From: a virus
Lineage: Duplodnaviria; Heunggongvirae; Uroviricota; Caudoviricetes
Virus record (IMG/VR): IMGVR_UViG_3300021400_002728
Location: 197,154-261,153 of that record
Direction: 5' to 3' (one strand)
Length of the DNA stretch: 64,000 nucleotides
Positions 1-9,762 of this stretch are shown here, one piece after another. A model generated the notes under the pieces. The model was not told the DNA's origin, made no database searches, and saw only the letters and a program-made list of their open reading frames with translations. The translations under genes were made by a program, and so were the position numbers. Position 1 is the first letter of the stretch; every line of letters begins with the position of its first letter.

Positions 1-200
1 TCATCTTCAAGCATTTCAGGTAAGTAATCTGGTAAGTTACGATTAACTTCTTCCTGAGCTTCCTTAGCAGTCATACCATCTATTTCTATATTTACTGGGA
101 TTTGTTCAAGCTCACCCATAAGTTCAACTACCATTCCATTTGCCGCATCAGCATTTAATGCAATATCAAGATATTTTGATAATGTTTCTCTAGAATACAT
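1..200 (-). CDS. hypothetical protein, 3' end runs off window
   Basis: ATG at 200 after AGGAGG; frame open to position 1 (MYSRETLSKYLDIALNA...). Confidence 0.7.
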   Translation of the reverse strand, partial: MYSRETLSKYLDIALNADAANGMVVELMGELEQIPVNIEIDGMTAKEAQEEVNRNLPDYLPEMLED

Positions 201-217
201 AATATAATCCTCCTTTA

Positions 218-424
218 TTAGTATATACAAATTTCAATAGTTAATGTAGTTCCATCAACTTCCCATCTTAAAACATCTGCATCATTCCAACCTTTATCTA
301 CGATTGTAGATGCAAGATCACCATATTTGCCATCATATAGTTGATTGTTGGAATCTTTCCATCCATCTAAAAGAATGACTCGTTCAATATTTTTAGCTGT
401 AGCTAAGAACATTTTCAAATTCAT
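218..424 (-). CDS. hypothetical protein
   Basis: ORF with GGAGG RBS. Confidence 0.75.
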   Translation of the reverse strand: MNLKMFLATAKNIERVILLDGWKDSNNQLYDGKYGDLASTIVDKGWNDADVLRWEVDGTTLTIEICIY

Positions 425-440
425 GATTATACCTCCCTTA

Positions 441-510
441 AAAAATATGACTTGCTTCCTATTATAAGAAACAAGTCATTTTTCACCATCCACTATTATA
501 ATTAAATAGT
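441..510 (-). promoter_or_regulatory. repeated promoter-like + hairpin element, copy 1
   Basis: minus strand CTATTTAATTATAAT..GTGAAAAATGACTTG-loop-CAAGTCAT-TTTT. Confidence 0.8.
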
Positions 511-529
511 CTTTGTGATGGATTTAGGC

Positions 530-784
530 TTAATCATCATCTCTACCAATAAATGTAAGAGATTTTACTGGATGTATTCCATATTTTTCAAATACTAACT
601 GTGCTTGATCTACTTGTACATCAGAAAGTCTATCATAGAACATTCTACCATTAGTGGTAACTACATAACAGTCGTCACCTCTAACTAAATCACACTTACC
701 AACTGTACCAGTAATAATAAAACAACCTGCACCAGTTAAAAATGATAAGTTACCAGAAGCGAAACTGCAAAAGTACTTATTCAT
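530..784 (-). CDS. hypothetical protein
   Basis: ORF with GAGG RBS. Confidence 0.7.
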   Translation of the reverse strand: MNKYFCSFASGNLSFLTGAGCFIITGTVGKCDLVRGDDCYVVTTNGRMFYDRLSDVQVDQAQLVFEKYGIHPVKSLTFIGRDDD

Positions 785-798
785 ATTACTTACCTCGC

Positions 799-1302
799 TT
801 AATCAGCTACAAGTTTTACTGGATTATCATACTCATTATCTAATACTTTTTGAATATCTATAATATCTTGATTAGATAATTCAAAAATCTTTTTAATTTC
901 ATCAAATGTTAATGGATCCTTAAATTCAGTCGGTTCGTACTCATAACAATCTGGTTCAATCCAATATAGATCACCAGATGAATCAAATTCATCATATTCG
1001 TCCTCATCTCCATATTGGCAAGCTAATGAATAACAACTATCATATATGTTTTCAGCGATATCAGCTGTAACATATCCATTAGATTGATAACCATCAGTAT
1101 ATAAGCTTAAGTTTTCAGCTAATGTCATAAATTTGTCTTTTAATTCATCTGGTACGTTCTGTGTTCTTAATTCATAAATATCATCTCTTTCATGGTTCCA
1201 ATCAAAATATTCCAATACTTCAAAAAATTGAGATTCTGTTTTAATGTCTTTATTTATACTTTGGAAAAATTCAGCATAAAATTCTAATATTTCTTGTGTC
1301 AT
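799..1302 (-). CDS. acidic hypothetical protein
   Basis: ORF with GGAGG RBS. Confidence 0.8.
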   Translation of the reverse strand: MTQEILEFYAEFFQSINKDIKTESQFFEVLEYFDWNHERDDIYELRTQNVPDELKDKFMTLAENLSLYTDGYQSNGYVTADIAENIYDSCYSLACQYGDEDEYDEFDSSGDLYWIEPDCYEYEPTEFKDPLTFDEIKKIFELSNQDIIDIQKVLDNEYDNPVKLVAD

Positions 1303-1316
1303 AATAAAAATCCTCC

Positions 1317-1790
1317 TTAATTATACCAACCTGGTTGTTCATATTTCTTTTTCATTTCAGGAAGACAATCTGGACAACATCTACCTGCAAATGAATATCT
1401 TTTCTGATCCTTATAAGGAACTACTTTTCCACATACTGGACATGTTTCCATTGCCGTTCTAGCCTTACCAACTACATCTGATAAACTACAACCACCATCT
1501 AGATCATTGATGATATTCTTTCCAGAATAAATAGAACCATTACGTTCAATAGCTTCCCAAACATCAATGCCACGTTTTCTAGGACAAATATATAGACCTA
1601 ATATATCCTCACCCATATCTTCAATTCTATAGATAATATTGATTGATACTGGGCCAGATGATTCATCTAATAAAATGTCAGCCAAACCATTTTCACCGGC
1701 TTCTCTATAGATAGGATCATTTTTGATGTCCATATTGTCCCAAACTCTTTCTATGGCACAAGCATCTTCAAATGAAATTATTCTACTCAT
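1317..1790 (-). CDS. hypothetical protein with C-terminal Zn-ribbon (CPVC...CPDC)
   Basis: two CxxC pairs; start moved to the ATG behind GGAGG. Confidence 0.75.
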   Translation of the reverse strand: MSRIISFEDACAIERVWDNMDIKNDPIYREAGENGLADILLDESSGPVSINIIYRIEDMGEDILGLYICPRKRGIDVWEAIERNGSIYSGKNIINDLDGGCSLSDVVGKARTAMETCPVCGKVVPYKDQKRYSFAGRCCPDCLPEMKKKYEQPGWYN

Positions 1791-1801
1791 AATAACCTCC
1801 A

Positions 1802-2143
1802 TTAATAATGTACTAATTTAACTACCAAACCATAACTATCATCATTATAAGAGCTTTCTACGTTATAATTATCAAAGAAATATTCTCTTAAGAAAGCTTC
1901 ATCAGATAATTGTTCTAGTTTAGTAAAATCTTCATCCTGAATAAAGATATTTTCATGCCACAGATCAATATCATGATTTTCTAAATATGACTGATGATCA
2001 CCATAATAATCTACCATATGATCATCTGTTGGATCATAACCAGCTCTTTCTGCCATATCACAATAAATATCCCAATCAAATGAAATACAGAACCCTGATG
2101 TAGGATTAAGTTTATGTTGTTTCTTAAATTCTTTGAAGGTCAT
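1802..2143 (-). CDS. hypothetical protein
   Basis: ORF with GGAGG RBS. Confidence 0.75.
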   Translation of the reverse strand: MTFKEFKKQHKLNPTSGFCISFDWDIYCDMAERAGYDPTDDHMVDYYGDHQSYLENHDIDLWHENIFIQDEDFTKLEQLSDEAFLREYFFDNYNVESSYNDDSYGLVVKLVHY

Positions 2144-2144
2144 A

Positions 2145-2435
2145 TTATCTACCTCCCTTCACGATTACCCAAGCTCTAACCCAATCATCAGAATAATCTC
2201 CATCTTGACATCCATCTGCTGGCTTAACAATAGTAAGATCATTCTTTTCAGCAAAACGTTCAATCCATCTTTTGGCCTTTTCTACAGAGGTATTTTTGAA
2301 ATCAGCTTCAATCTCAAAGGTACCGTCCTGTTTCTCATATACATTTATTGTATCTGCTTCACCAGATGCAGGATAATCTCCTCTACGATGCTGATAATCA
2401 TCTGTGGCTAATGCTAGAATTTCTTCTCTATTCAT
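2145..2435 (-). CDS. hypothetical protein
   Basis: ORF with GGAGG RBS. Confidence 0.75.
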   Translation of the reverse strand: MNREEILALATDDYQHRRGDYPASGEADTINVYEKQDGTFEIEADFKNTSVEKAKRWIERFAEKNDLTIVKPADGCQDGDYSDDWVRAWVIVKGGR

Positions 2436-2445
2436 ATTAGCCTCC

Positions 2446-2765
2446 TTATAAACTACCTATTACTTCGCCGTTGATTTCTATATTATCAGTGTCATATACT
2501 TTTATATAACCTACTGGTTCTACTTTTATATCATTAAAATCAGTAATTTCATCAAATAAATGTACATCAAAGAAATCATCTTCAAAAAATCTTTTATCTG
2601 AATTATAAGTATTTGCTAATTCAATTATATCATATACTTTATTAGATTTAGTAAGATAATAATCATCATCTATGTTATCTATTAACCAATCTTGTAAAGT
2701 ATCATAATCATCATCGTCAATATATGAAAGTACAAAGTTGGTGATCTAACAAATGTTAAAAGCAT
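2446..2765 (-). pseudogene. frameshifted hypothetical gene
   Basis: RBS+ATG at 2765 (MLLTFV) but the long frame (ITNFVLSYIDDDDY...GSL*) is offset by 1 nt near 2747. Confidence 0.6.
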
Positions 2766-2778
2766 AGGTTATACCTCC

Positions 2779-3027
2779 TTATCCTACAGCTGACTTTAAT
2801 TCCTTAAAATCATAGTAACGTTTCTCATTATATTCTATATAAGAACAATCACCATCAGAGTTTAATACAATTTTCATAGATCCAGCTTCAAACATATTAA
2901 AGTATGGTCTATTAAACTCTTTTATTTTTGACAGTTCATCTAAATGAAAAGGCATTCTTTTACCATATCTTTGAAGTGTACGATTTATGTTCTTTTCAAG
3001 AATTTCAATTACTTTCTTGCCATCCAT
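2779..3027 (-). CDS. hypothetical protein
   Basis: ORF; start at MDGKK behind GGAGG. Confidence 0.7.
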   Translation of the reverse strand: MDGKKVIEILEKNINRTLQRYGKRMPFHLDELSKIKEFNRPYFNMFEAGSMKIVLNSDGDCSYIEYNEKRYYDFKELKSAVG

Positions 3028-3040
3028 AACTCTACCTCCA

Positions 3041-3331
3041 TTAACCATCCTCTTCTACTGAATTACATCCACTACAAGTAATAGGTTTTGTAGTAAGATA
3101 TATACTTGCAAAAGGCTGTGTTCCATCTGCTTCAACTTTTACTATGTGATACGTATCATTATCATTAAAATTTGTAACATTAGGTTCTTTAAATGATAAT
3201 TCACCACTTTCAAATCTGTCATAGTCACCTTTACGAAGAACTTTTGTAAGAACTTCATTTATATCACCATTTGAAACTGGTGCAATACGAGTGTCCATAC
3301 TACCGAAAAATGTACATACAGCAATATACAT
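3041..3331 (-). CDS. hypothetical protein
   Basis: ORF with GGAGG RBS. Confidence 0.75.
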   Translation of the reverse strand: MYIAVCTFFGSMDTRIAPVSNGDINEVLTKVLRKGDYDRFESGELSFKEPNVTNFNDNDTYHIVKVEADGTQPFASIYLTTKPITCSGCNSVEEDG

Positions 3332-3345
3332 AATTTTTTACCTCC

Positions 3346-3729
3346 TTAAAATTCATAATATTCATCACACGGTATACCATTTTTATTTAACCACTTAGCT
3401 ACTAAATGTCTATGACAGAAATCAGACGGTTTCTCGTAACATATAAGAGCAATATCTTTTCCTCTAGACATTTTAGAAAGTTCTTCATATATAGTTTTAA
3501 CATCTAATAGATTTAAGACTTCTGAATCAAAATGTTCTATATAATAATCATTATCATGAGTCTTTTTCCATTCCATAAAGAATCCATACTTAGGTGCTAA
3601 CTTCTTATATTGAAGTCCAGTATACCAGTCAGGAGCCTTACCACATATAGATATTGGAACTATACTTTCTGGAAGGCTCCTCAATTTTGCAAAATAAGAC
3701 GTATATATTTTCATTTTTCTCATCCTCAC
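3346..3729 (-). CDS. DUF488-like protein
   Basis: IYTSYFA N-terminus and LICYEKPSDFCHRHLVAKWL motif. Confidence 0.7.
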   Translation of the reverse strand: MRMRKMKIYTSYFAKLRSLPESIVPISICGKAPDWYTGLQYKKLAPKYGFFMEWKKTHDNDYYIEHFDSEVLNLLDVKTIYEELSKMSRGKDIALICYEKPSDFCHRHLVAKWLNKNGIPCDEYYEF

Positions 3730-3738
3730 TTTTTATGA

Positions 3739-4785
3739 TTATTTTTTAGGCTTAACTAAAACTCTAAAATGATAGCATTGTCCATGGCGTCCTGAATCAA
3801 GAATAACATGTTCATTATAACCACCTGCTCCGATAGTTTCGACTTCAGCTTTTCCATCTTTACCAATAATGTAACCATTAAGATTACCATCATCTGCAAT
3901 GTAAAGATATTGAGCATCAATAATCTCACCAGTAATCTTAGAAACTCTAGTCATAAGATCAATAAGTTTGTTATTCTTTTCCTGTTCAATTTGTTTATCT
4001 AACCAATCAGGATCGAACTTACGAGATAACCATGCCTGGAAGAATCCGTCTCCGAATTTAGCTTTCCACTGCTCTTCATTTCTGACATACTTAGGATGCT
4101 CATCTGGATCATTCTTATCTCTATAACCGAAGTGAATTAAGTTAATGTATTCATAATTGTTGTTAGGTTTGAATCCTTCATTAAGAGTGTCAATGATTCT
4201 ATTGAATCTGTCTTCACTCTTCCAGCAATACTTCTGAATAAACTCTTCTTTATTCTCTTCAACAAGTCTATTGACTATTTCTACGAGACATTCATAATAT
4301 AGCTTATCTCGAGTCTCTTGGTATTCCTGTAAGGCCTCAGGATATTCTTCTGCTTTCTTAGTATAATATTCTATTACTCTAGATTTCCATTCATTCAGGA
4401 ACTCCTTGATAACTCTAGGGACTGAATCTTGAATATACTGTAACTTAACTTCTTCAAGTCTAAGTTTTTCTTGCCAAATCTTAACACCTTCTTGTGCAGC
4501 TTTAAGCTTTTTAAGATTATCATTAATAGATGATTCCTTATCTCTTATATCACAAGCCGTCCAATATAATTCATGATAGAAAGGTTGATTTTGATAGTCA
4601 TAATACCAATTTGGATTATCACATACATCATCATAAGTTATTCCAAGGTTATTTTGCTCCATGATCTTATTGAGAGCCATAACTTTCTTTTCACCTTGAG
4701 TCTTATGACGTTCAATAGTCTTTTCGATCTTTGCACATTTTTCTTCTGCAAGTCGAACTTTTTCTTTTAGCTCATCAATAGTCAT
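3739..4785 (-). CDS. coiled-coil-rich phage hypothetical protein
   Basis: 348-aa ORF, RBS, C-terminal VETIGAGGYN..QCYHFRVLV. Confidence 0.8.
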   Translation of the reverse strand: MTIDELKEKVRLAEEKCAKIEKTIERHKTQGEKKVMALNKIMEQNNLGITYDDVCDNPNWYYDYQNQPFYHELYWTACDIRDKESSINDNLKKLKAAQEGVKIWQEKLRLEEVKLQYIQDSVPRVIKEFLNEWKSRVIEYYTKKAEEYPEALQEYQETRDKLYYECLVEIVNRLVEENKEEFIQKYCWKSEDRFNRIIDTLNEGFKPNNNYEYINLIHFGYRDKNDPDEHPKYVRNEEQWKAKFGDGFFQAWLSRKFDPDWLDKQIEQEKNNKLIDLMTRVSKITGEIIDAQYLYIADDGNLNGYIIGKDGKAEVETIGAGGYNEHVILDSGRHGQCYHFRVLVKPKK

Positions 4786-4796
4786 AGTTATGCTCC

Positions 4797-5246
4797 TTAT
4801 TTAATGATTGCTACACCAAATATATTTTCAATCTTATCAATCTGCTCATGCGCGTTAACAATATTAGTATATGTGTCTTTAGCATACTGATTAAGTTTTT
4901 CACCAATTGAGGTAAATTCTACATTGATCTCAGTAGTATCTTCAATATAATTTGGATAATAAGATATTCCATTTCTGGTTATAATCATTTCAGAATATGG
5001 ATCTCTACTTGGCTTAATATCAAAAGGTAATCCAGCAGGAACCCAAATATCATCACCATTTGAATCAATTCTGCAACTAAATTTTTCTGCAGCTTCTTTA
5101 GCGACAACTTTATCATTATTATCATATAAACTAAGTTGATCAATCATAATTGGTTCAGCAAAACTAAACTTACCACTTTCAAATATAAGTTCAAATAATT
5201 CTTTATTGTCTGAATATAAAATTGGTTTAAGATCTTTATAAAGCAT
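4797..5246 (-). CDS. hypothetical protein
   Basis: ORF; start at MLYKD behind AGGAGG. Confidence 0.75.
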   Translation of the reverse strand: MLYKDLKPILYSDNKELFELIFESGKFSFAEPIMIDQLSLYDNNDKVVAKEAAEKFSCRIDSNGDDIWVPAGLPFDIKPSRDPYSEMIITRNGISYYPNYIEDTTEINVEFTSIGEKLNQYAKDTYTNIVNAHEQIDKIENIFGVAIIK

Positions 5247-5267
5247 ATATATGCCTCCTTTCAAACC

Positions 5268-5330
5268 AAATGACCCGCCTCATATGAGACAAGTCATTTT
5301 TCGCATCTACACTATTTATAATTAAATAGC
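5268..5330 (-). promoter_or_regulatory. repeated promoter-like + hairpin element, copy 2
   Basis: same motif as 441-510. Confidence 0.8.
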
Positions 5331-5339
5331 ACTTAATAT

Positions 5340-5795
5340 TCATACATGTACATCTTCTTTATATTTTATAATGTGATCCCAACCTTCCATATAAGTAGGT
5401 TCTTCATATACACTAACCATTCTATCAAACTCAGCATCTTCAACCTTAGCATAACCAGTTCGCATATTGTTTCTATACTTACATAATGACAGAGGTGTAT
5501 CTACTAGACAACAAGTTTTATCACAGGCAAAGTCTCGAATCAAACTCAGGAACTTTCTTCTACGTCTGACTGTTAGATTAGTAGAATCATAAACTATATC
5601 CTTTTTAGCCATCATATCTACTAATATTCGTTCATGTAGAATATCAAACACTCTCTGAGTATCATCGAGACTATGCAAGTTTAGTTCATTTCTTATTGTA
5701 TCAGGTGAATGAACTACATAACCTTTATTTTTGTATTCCTTAGCTAGAGTACTTTTACCTGCACCAGGAAAACCAACTAACATAACTAATTTCAT
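5340..5795 (-). CDS. P-loop kinase (AAA_33 / polynucleotide-kinase-like)
   Basis: GFPGAGKST Walker A, SPDTIR, DSTNL, C..RN..R lid. Confidence 0.8.
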   Translation of the reverse strand: MKLVMLVGFPGAGKSTLAKEYKNKGYVVHSPDTIRNELNLHSLDDTQRVFDILHERILVDMMAKKDIVYDSTNLTVRRRRKFLSLIRDFACDKTCCLVDTPLSLCKYRNNMRTGYAKVEDAEFDRMVSVYEEPTYMEGWDHIIKYKEDVHV

Positions 5796-5831
5796 TTTTT
5801 AATCATCCTTACTTTTCATATTAAGCACATC

Positions 5832-6233
5832 TTAATTACTTACACTAATAACTAATAGTTCTGAATCAATTATATCTGTACCAGTATTTTCAGTAAATTC
5901 AATAATATCATGTAGTATTTCTAGTAAAGTGTGTTCAGTTTTATATTTACAAGTTAATATAATTTTTGATTTTTTATTATCGGATTTTTCTAGTTGTACA
6001 TCAGTATAAATATGGTTATACTTGCTATAGTTATCATCCATAGTATTATTAATTTGTTCTAATATTTCAGATTTTTTATCATCAAAAGTTTGGATATTAG
6101 TATCAACAAATTTAGCTGAATCAAAATATACTGAAAATTGAACATTATATTTTGTTGTAGTATCAGCATATAATTCAGAAAATTTTAAAAGATGTATTAT
6201 ATCAAGTTGTATTATATCACCTTCATGCCACAT
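5832..6233 (-). CDS. hypothetical protein
   Basis: ORF with GGAGG RBS. Confidence 0.7.
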   Translation of the reverse strand: MWHEGDIIQLDIIHLLKFSELYADTTTKYNVQFSVYFDSAKFVDTNIQTFDDKKSEILEQINNTMDDNYSKYNHIYTDVQLEKSDNKKSKIILTCKYKTEHTLLEILHDIIEFTENTGTDIIDSELLVISVSN

Positions 6234-6293
6234 AATTGTAACCTCCGTATTTTTATAAGTTTTGCTTAGTTAAGATTATCTATATTAATCTCC

Positions 6294-6512
6294 CTAAAAA
6301 TCATTTTCTATAAAGTTTTTGAATAGGTCTATAATGTCTCTAGAATTAGCAATAACTTTACGATCTTCATAACCATCCTCAGTACCAATATATGCCATAT
6401 AATTTCCATCTTCAAAATGTAAAGCTACTTTAATAACTGTATCAAGTTTAGCTTCAGGATCTACTTCATAATTTTCATGCCATCTTTCTTCTAATTTTTC
6501 TACAGGTACCAT
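6294..6512 (-). CDS. hypothetical protein
   Basis: ORF with AGGAGG RBS. Confidence 0.7.
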   Translation of the reverse strand: MVPVEKLEERWHENYEVDPEAKLDTVIKVALHFEDGNYMAYIGTEDGYEDRKVIANSRDIIDLFKNFIENDF

Positions 6513-6522
6513 ATTATACCTC

Positions 6523-7224
6523 CTAATGATAATTTTCTACATTAGTTACTACGAATACATATTCTTTTTCATTACCAAATTTACCTTTATAAGTATATTG
6601 AGCAAGCATTGGATATTTTTCAGAAGGACCGCCGTATTCATTTACTATAAATACAGCTTTCTCATCATATACATTACTTATTGCCTGTCTAATAGTAACA
6701 GAATCTGGCATATAAGCAATTTCATCTGATACTTTACCAATTTCTCGTATACTCTTATGAACATTTGAGATTATATCATTTATTTTATCTTTTACTGTAC
6801 TTATAGTTGAGTTAGTTAACATAATTTCTCCACTATGTTTATCTAACCATGTAAATGATACATTATTAAGTTTAAGCTGTACAAAGATATATAATCTATC
6901 ATAATTTTCCTGTTTAGCATCAATAACTTCTGGTGCAAAATTTTTAGTATGACTCATTACAAAATCTTCTACTAATGATGGATCCCAATTACGTTCATTA
7001 CTGCCATAAATACTTACTACAATAGGAGTAGTTATAATAAGATCTCCTTCATAAGTATGTTTTTCAATATTCTTTTCATATTCAGCTTGTTTCTTCTTTT
7101 CTTCGGCTTCGCGGTTAGCTCTATAAGCAGCCTCTCGACCTTCATCAGTTATTTCACTTTTACCTATATCAAATGGATTACCACCAGCATGACTCATAGA
7201 CCAAATGGTAAAATAAGCTCCCAT
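6523..7224 (-). CDS. hypothetical protein
   Basis: ORF with AGGAGG RBS. Confidence 0.8.
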   Translation of the reverse strand: MGAYFTIWSMSHAGGNPFDIGKSEITDEGREAAYRANREAEEKKKQAEYEKNIEKHTYEGDLIITTPIVVSIYGSNERNWDPSLVEDFVMSHTKNFAPEVIDAKQENYDRLYIFVQLKLNNVSFTWLDKHSGEIMLTNSTISTVKDKINDIISNVHKSIREIGKVSDEIAYMPDSVTIRQAISNVYDEKAVFIVNEYGGPSEKYPMLAQYTYKGKFGNEKEYVFVVTNVENYH

Positions 7225-7242
7225 AATAACCTCCTATCAGAT

Positions 7243-7305
7243 AAAATGACCTACCTCTTTCAAGATAAGTCATTTTTCACAATCCATACTATTATATATA
7301 AATAG
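7243..7305 (-). promoter_or_regulatory. repeated promoter-like + hairpin element, copy 3
   Basis: same motif as 441-510. Confidence 0.8.
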
Positions 7306-7308
7306 TTC

Positions 7309-7842
7309 TTAATAGCTAATGTTATCGTAAAAAACATCATCATCGATTTCTTCACCATAGACATGCTCAATTTCGATGATTTCTATCCAACCTTGATTAT
7401 GGAAAAGCTTTAATATATCATCTTTTACTTTATTTCTAGCTGGACATTCTTCTTTCTTAAGTGGAAATCCTGTGTAGTCAAATTCAAGCTCTGCTGGTTC
7501 TGGTGGAGAATATCTATCTCCTGGATATGCAGGTGATACTACATGAATATCAGCTGAAACATCAGCTGTAATAGTAATATCGTCATCATCGAAGTTATCT
7601 ACTTCAAAATCATCTGCATCTTCCATAAGTGAGCTGAGAATATCAAATACATCCTCTTCTACTTTATAGAAGTCACTTTCTAAAATTTCATTCACGCGTT
7701 CTTCAGTAACATCATCAGCCCATTTAAGAATGATTCTAATAGTTTGACGACCATGAGTAGTAGTTGGTCCATCATCATAATCGTCATATCTATCTGAGGA
7801 AGAACTATTAGTTTCAAATAATTTATTTCTAATCTTTAGCAT
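7309..7842 (-). CDS. FETNSSS-motif family protein 1
   Basis: N-terminus MLKIRNKLFETNSSSS behind AGGAGG. Confidence 0.8.
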   Translation of the reverse strand: MLKIRNKLFETNSSSSDRYDDYDDGPTTTHGRQTIRIILKWADDVTEERVNEILESDFYKVEEDVFDILSSLMEDADDFEVDNFDDDDITITADVSADIHVVSPAYPGDRYSPPEPAELEFDYTGFPLKKEECPARNKVKDDILKLFHNQGWIEIIEIEHVYGEEIDDDVFYDNISY

Positions 7843-7843
7843 G

Positions 7844-8230
7844 TTATTTACCTCCTTCAAAAATTGGTCTACCTAAGAATCCACCAAATTTAGTAAGTAC
7901 AACTACTTCATCTGTTGGTTCAAATGTTAGATTCTTTGTATTAACTGCTTTGCCTTCAGGTGAAATAGATAATGTTATATGTGGTACTGGAATAGCATTA
8001 TATAACTCTCTAAGTTCATCTGACTCGCATAATACTAACTGAACTTTATAGCCTTCGTTCACATTATCATTACCATATCCAGTAACAATAAACTTAGCCT
8101 CTTGACCATATAAATGTTCATGACTTACGGCAGGCTTATATTCAGTAGTTACATGCTTAAATTCAATATCTTTAGATAGTTTACTAGGTAATGTACCTTG
8201 TACAAAGAATGCTTCATATACTATATTCAT
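7844..8230 (-). CDS. 2H phosphoesterase-like protein
   Basis: two HxT motifs (KHVT, PHITLS). Confidence 0.65.
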   Translation of the reverse strand: MNIVYEAFFVQGTLPSKLSKDIEFKHVTTEYKPAVSHEHLYGQEAKFIVTGYGNDNVNEGYKVQLVLCESDELRELYNAIPVPHITLSISPEGKAVNTKNLTFEPTDEVVVLTKFGGFLGRPIFEGGK

Positions 8231-8242
8231 AATAATTCTCCA

Positions 8243-8638
8243 TTAAGATTCTAATATTAATTCTAACTCTTCAAACATATTTGACCAGAAGTAATCTCCA
8301 TCATTATGATACCAGTCTTCGATAATTTTAAGCTCTTCATCAGTTAATTTTCTATTTGTAGTAACTTTTACATACCAATAACCCTCATTACCAAGACCCT
8401 CATCGTCATATATGTCATTGTCTCTAATATAATCTTCTTCTGATTCATAACCATCAAAGTCATTAGTTATTGCTATAATAGCGTCACTTAATGATTCTAC
8501 TATAGTATCATCAGATTTAAATGATTCAGTAACATCTTGATCTAATGTATTATACATAACATCTGATTTTTCTGCAAACTCACCTTTTGCGCCTTTAAGA
8601 TCAGATAACCATATTCTACCTGTGTAATTATATTCCAT
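8243..8638 (-). CDS. acidic hypothetical protein
   Basis: ORF with AGGAGG RBS. Confidence 0.75.
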   Translation of the reverse strand: MEYNYTGRIWLSDLKGAKGEFAEKSDVMYNTLDQDVTESFKSDDTIVESLSDAIIAITNDFDGYESEEDYIRDNDIYDDEGLGNEGYWYVKVTTNRKLTDEELKIIEDWYHNDGDYFWSNMFEELELILES

Positions 8639-8692
8639 TTTTATTATACCTCCTAATTATCAACTAATAATTTAATATCACTAATACTATGC

Positions 8693-9103
8693 CTAAGCTA
8701 ATCCGTATTGTTCAAGATCATCTTCAGTAATGTCATTAATAGTATATCTGAACTCATTTTCGAGCTCAGCATAATGTTCCATAATGTAGAATATAATGTC
8801 ATTAGTAAGGTTATTCTTAGAATAACTACATACTACATTCATATTATACATATTAGTAATACCAGAATACTGAACTACAAGATAATCTTTCCACTGTTCC
8901 TTTGAAGGTTTATTGGTTACTTCTTCGTCTTCGTCAGAATTGAATACTAATACATAACCCTCATTTATGGCTTCAATAATATGTTCTTCAATAAACTTCT
9001 GAAGCTTAAAAATTTCATCATTTTCAGTCGGTAATAAACCTCTATTTCGTCTATTTTTAATAGAGAGTTCTCTATATCTTTTAATTGCATCTAAAATAGT
9101 CAT
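8693..9103 (-). CDS. hypothetical protein
   Basis: ORF with GAGG RBS. Confidence 0.75.
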   Translation of the reverse strand: MTILDAIKRYRELSIKNRRNRGLLPTENDEIFKLQKFIEEHIIEAINEGYVLVFNSDEDEEVTNKPSKEQWKDYLVVQYSGITNMYNMNVVCSYSKNNLTNDIIFYIMEHYAELENEFRYTINDITEDDLEQYGLA

Positions 9104-9111
9104 AATCTACC

Positions 9112-9426
9112 TCATTGTAAATTCTTTTCCCAGGCTACGTATACAATCCAATCAGAAGTTATAGATGTTATGACTAAGTCTTTTACATCCATATTCTTAA
9201 GTCTTATTTCAGGTACTCCACCTTGTATACCAACAAGATCTAATTCATCGTGAAGATCACAATAATCTTTGATTTTATCTACAAGATCTGTAAATCTGTT
9301 TGGTAAGTTCTGTACATCAAGTCTATCTCTTAAAACTGTATATGTGTCAGGAATAGAGTTTATACGTACTTCAAATGGAAAATCTACTACCTTTTGTAGA
9401 TCTCGTACTCTCATATTACCACTCAT
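9112..9426 (-). CDS. hypothetical protein
   Basis: ORF; start at MSGNM. Confidence 0.7.
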   Translation of the reverse strand: MSGNMRVRDLQKVVDFPFEVRINSIPDTYTVLRDRLDVQNLPNRFTDLVDKIKDYCDLHDELDLVGIQGGVPEIRLKNMDVKDLVITSITSDWIVYVAWEKNLQ

Positions 9427-9649
9427 AGTATTCACCTTCCTCAAAAGCTAAAACTACTGATACATTTGAAGTATATCTAGACCAATAGAAATCCATCATA
9501 TTTTCAAACTCTTCTTTTGTATTAGCCTCGTAGAGTTTCTGTCCTTCTTTTTTGACAAATCCTAAACTAATTCTTTGTCTATTGATACCATTTTGATCTA
9601 AATAGTCTTCAAGTGTTCTTTTATCTATCAACCAAATTTGATAATCCAT
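9416..9649 (-). CDS. hypothetical protein
   Basis: ORF with AGGAGG RBS. Confidence 0.7.
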   Translation of the reverse strand: MDYQIWLIDKRTLEDYLDQNGINRQRISLGFVKKEGQKLYEANTKEEFENMMDFYWSRYTSNVSVVLAFEEGEYYEW

Positions 9650-9673
9650 AGAAATACCTCCTTATATACAAAG

Positions 9674-9738
9674 AAAATGACCTGCCTCTAGTGAGACAAG
9701 TCATTTTTCACTTTCATACTATATTATAATTAAATAGC
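9674..9738 (-). promoter_or_regulatory. repeated promoter-like + hairpin element, copy 4
   Basis: same motif as 441-510. Confidence 0.8.
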
Positions 9739-9762
9739 ACTTTACAATCAATACGAAAGTCT

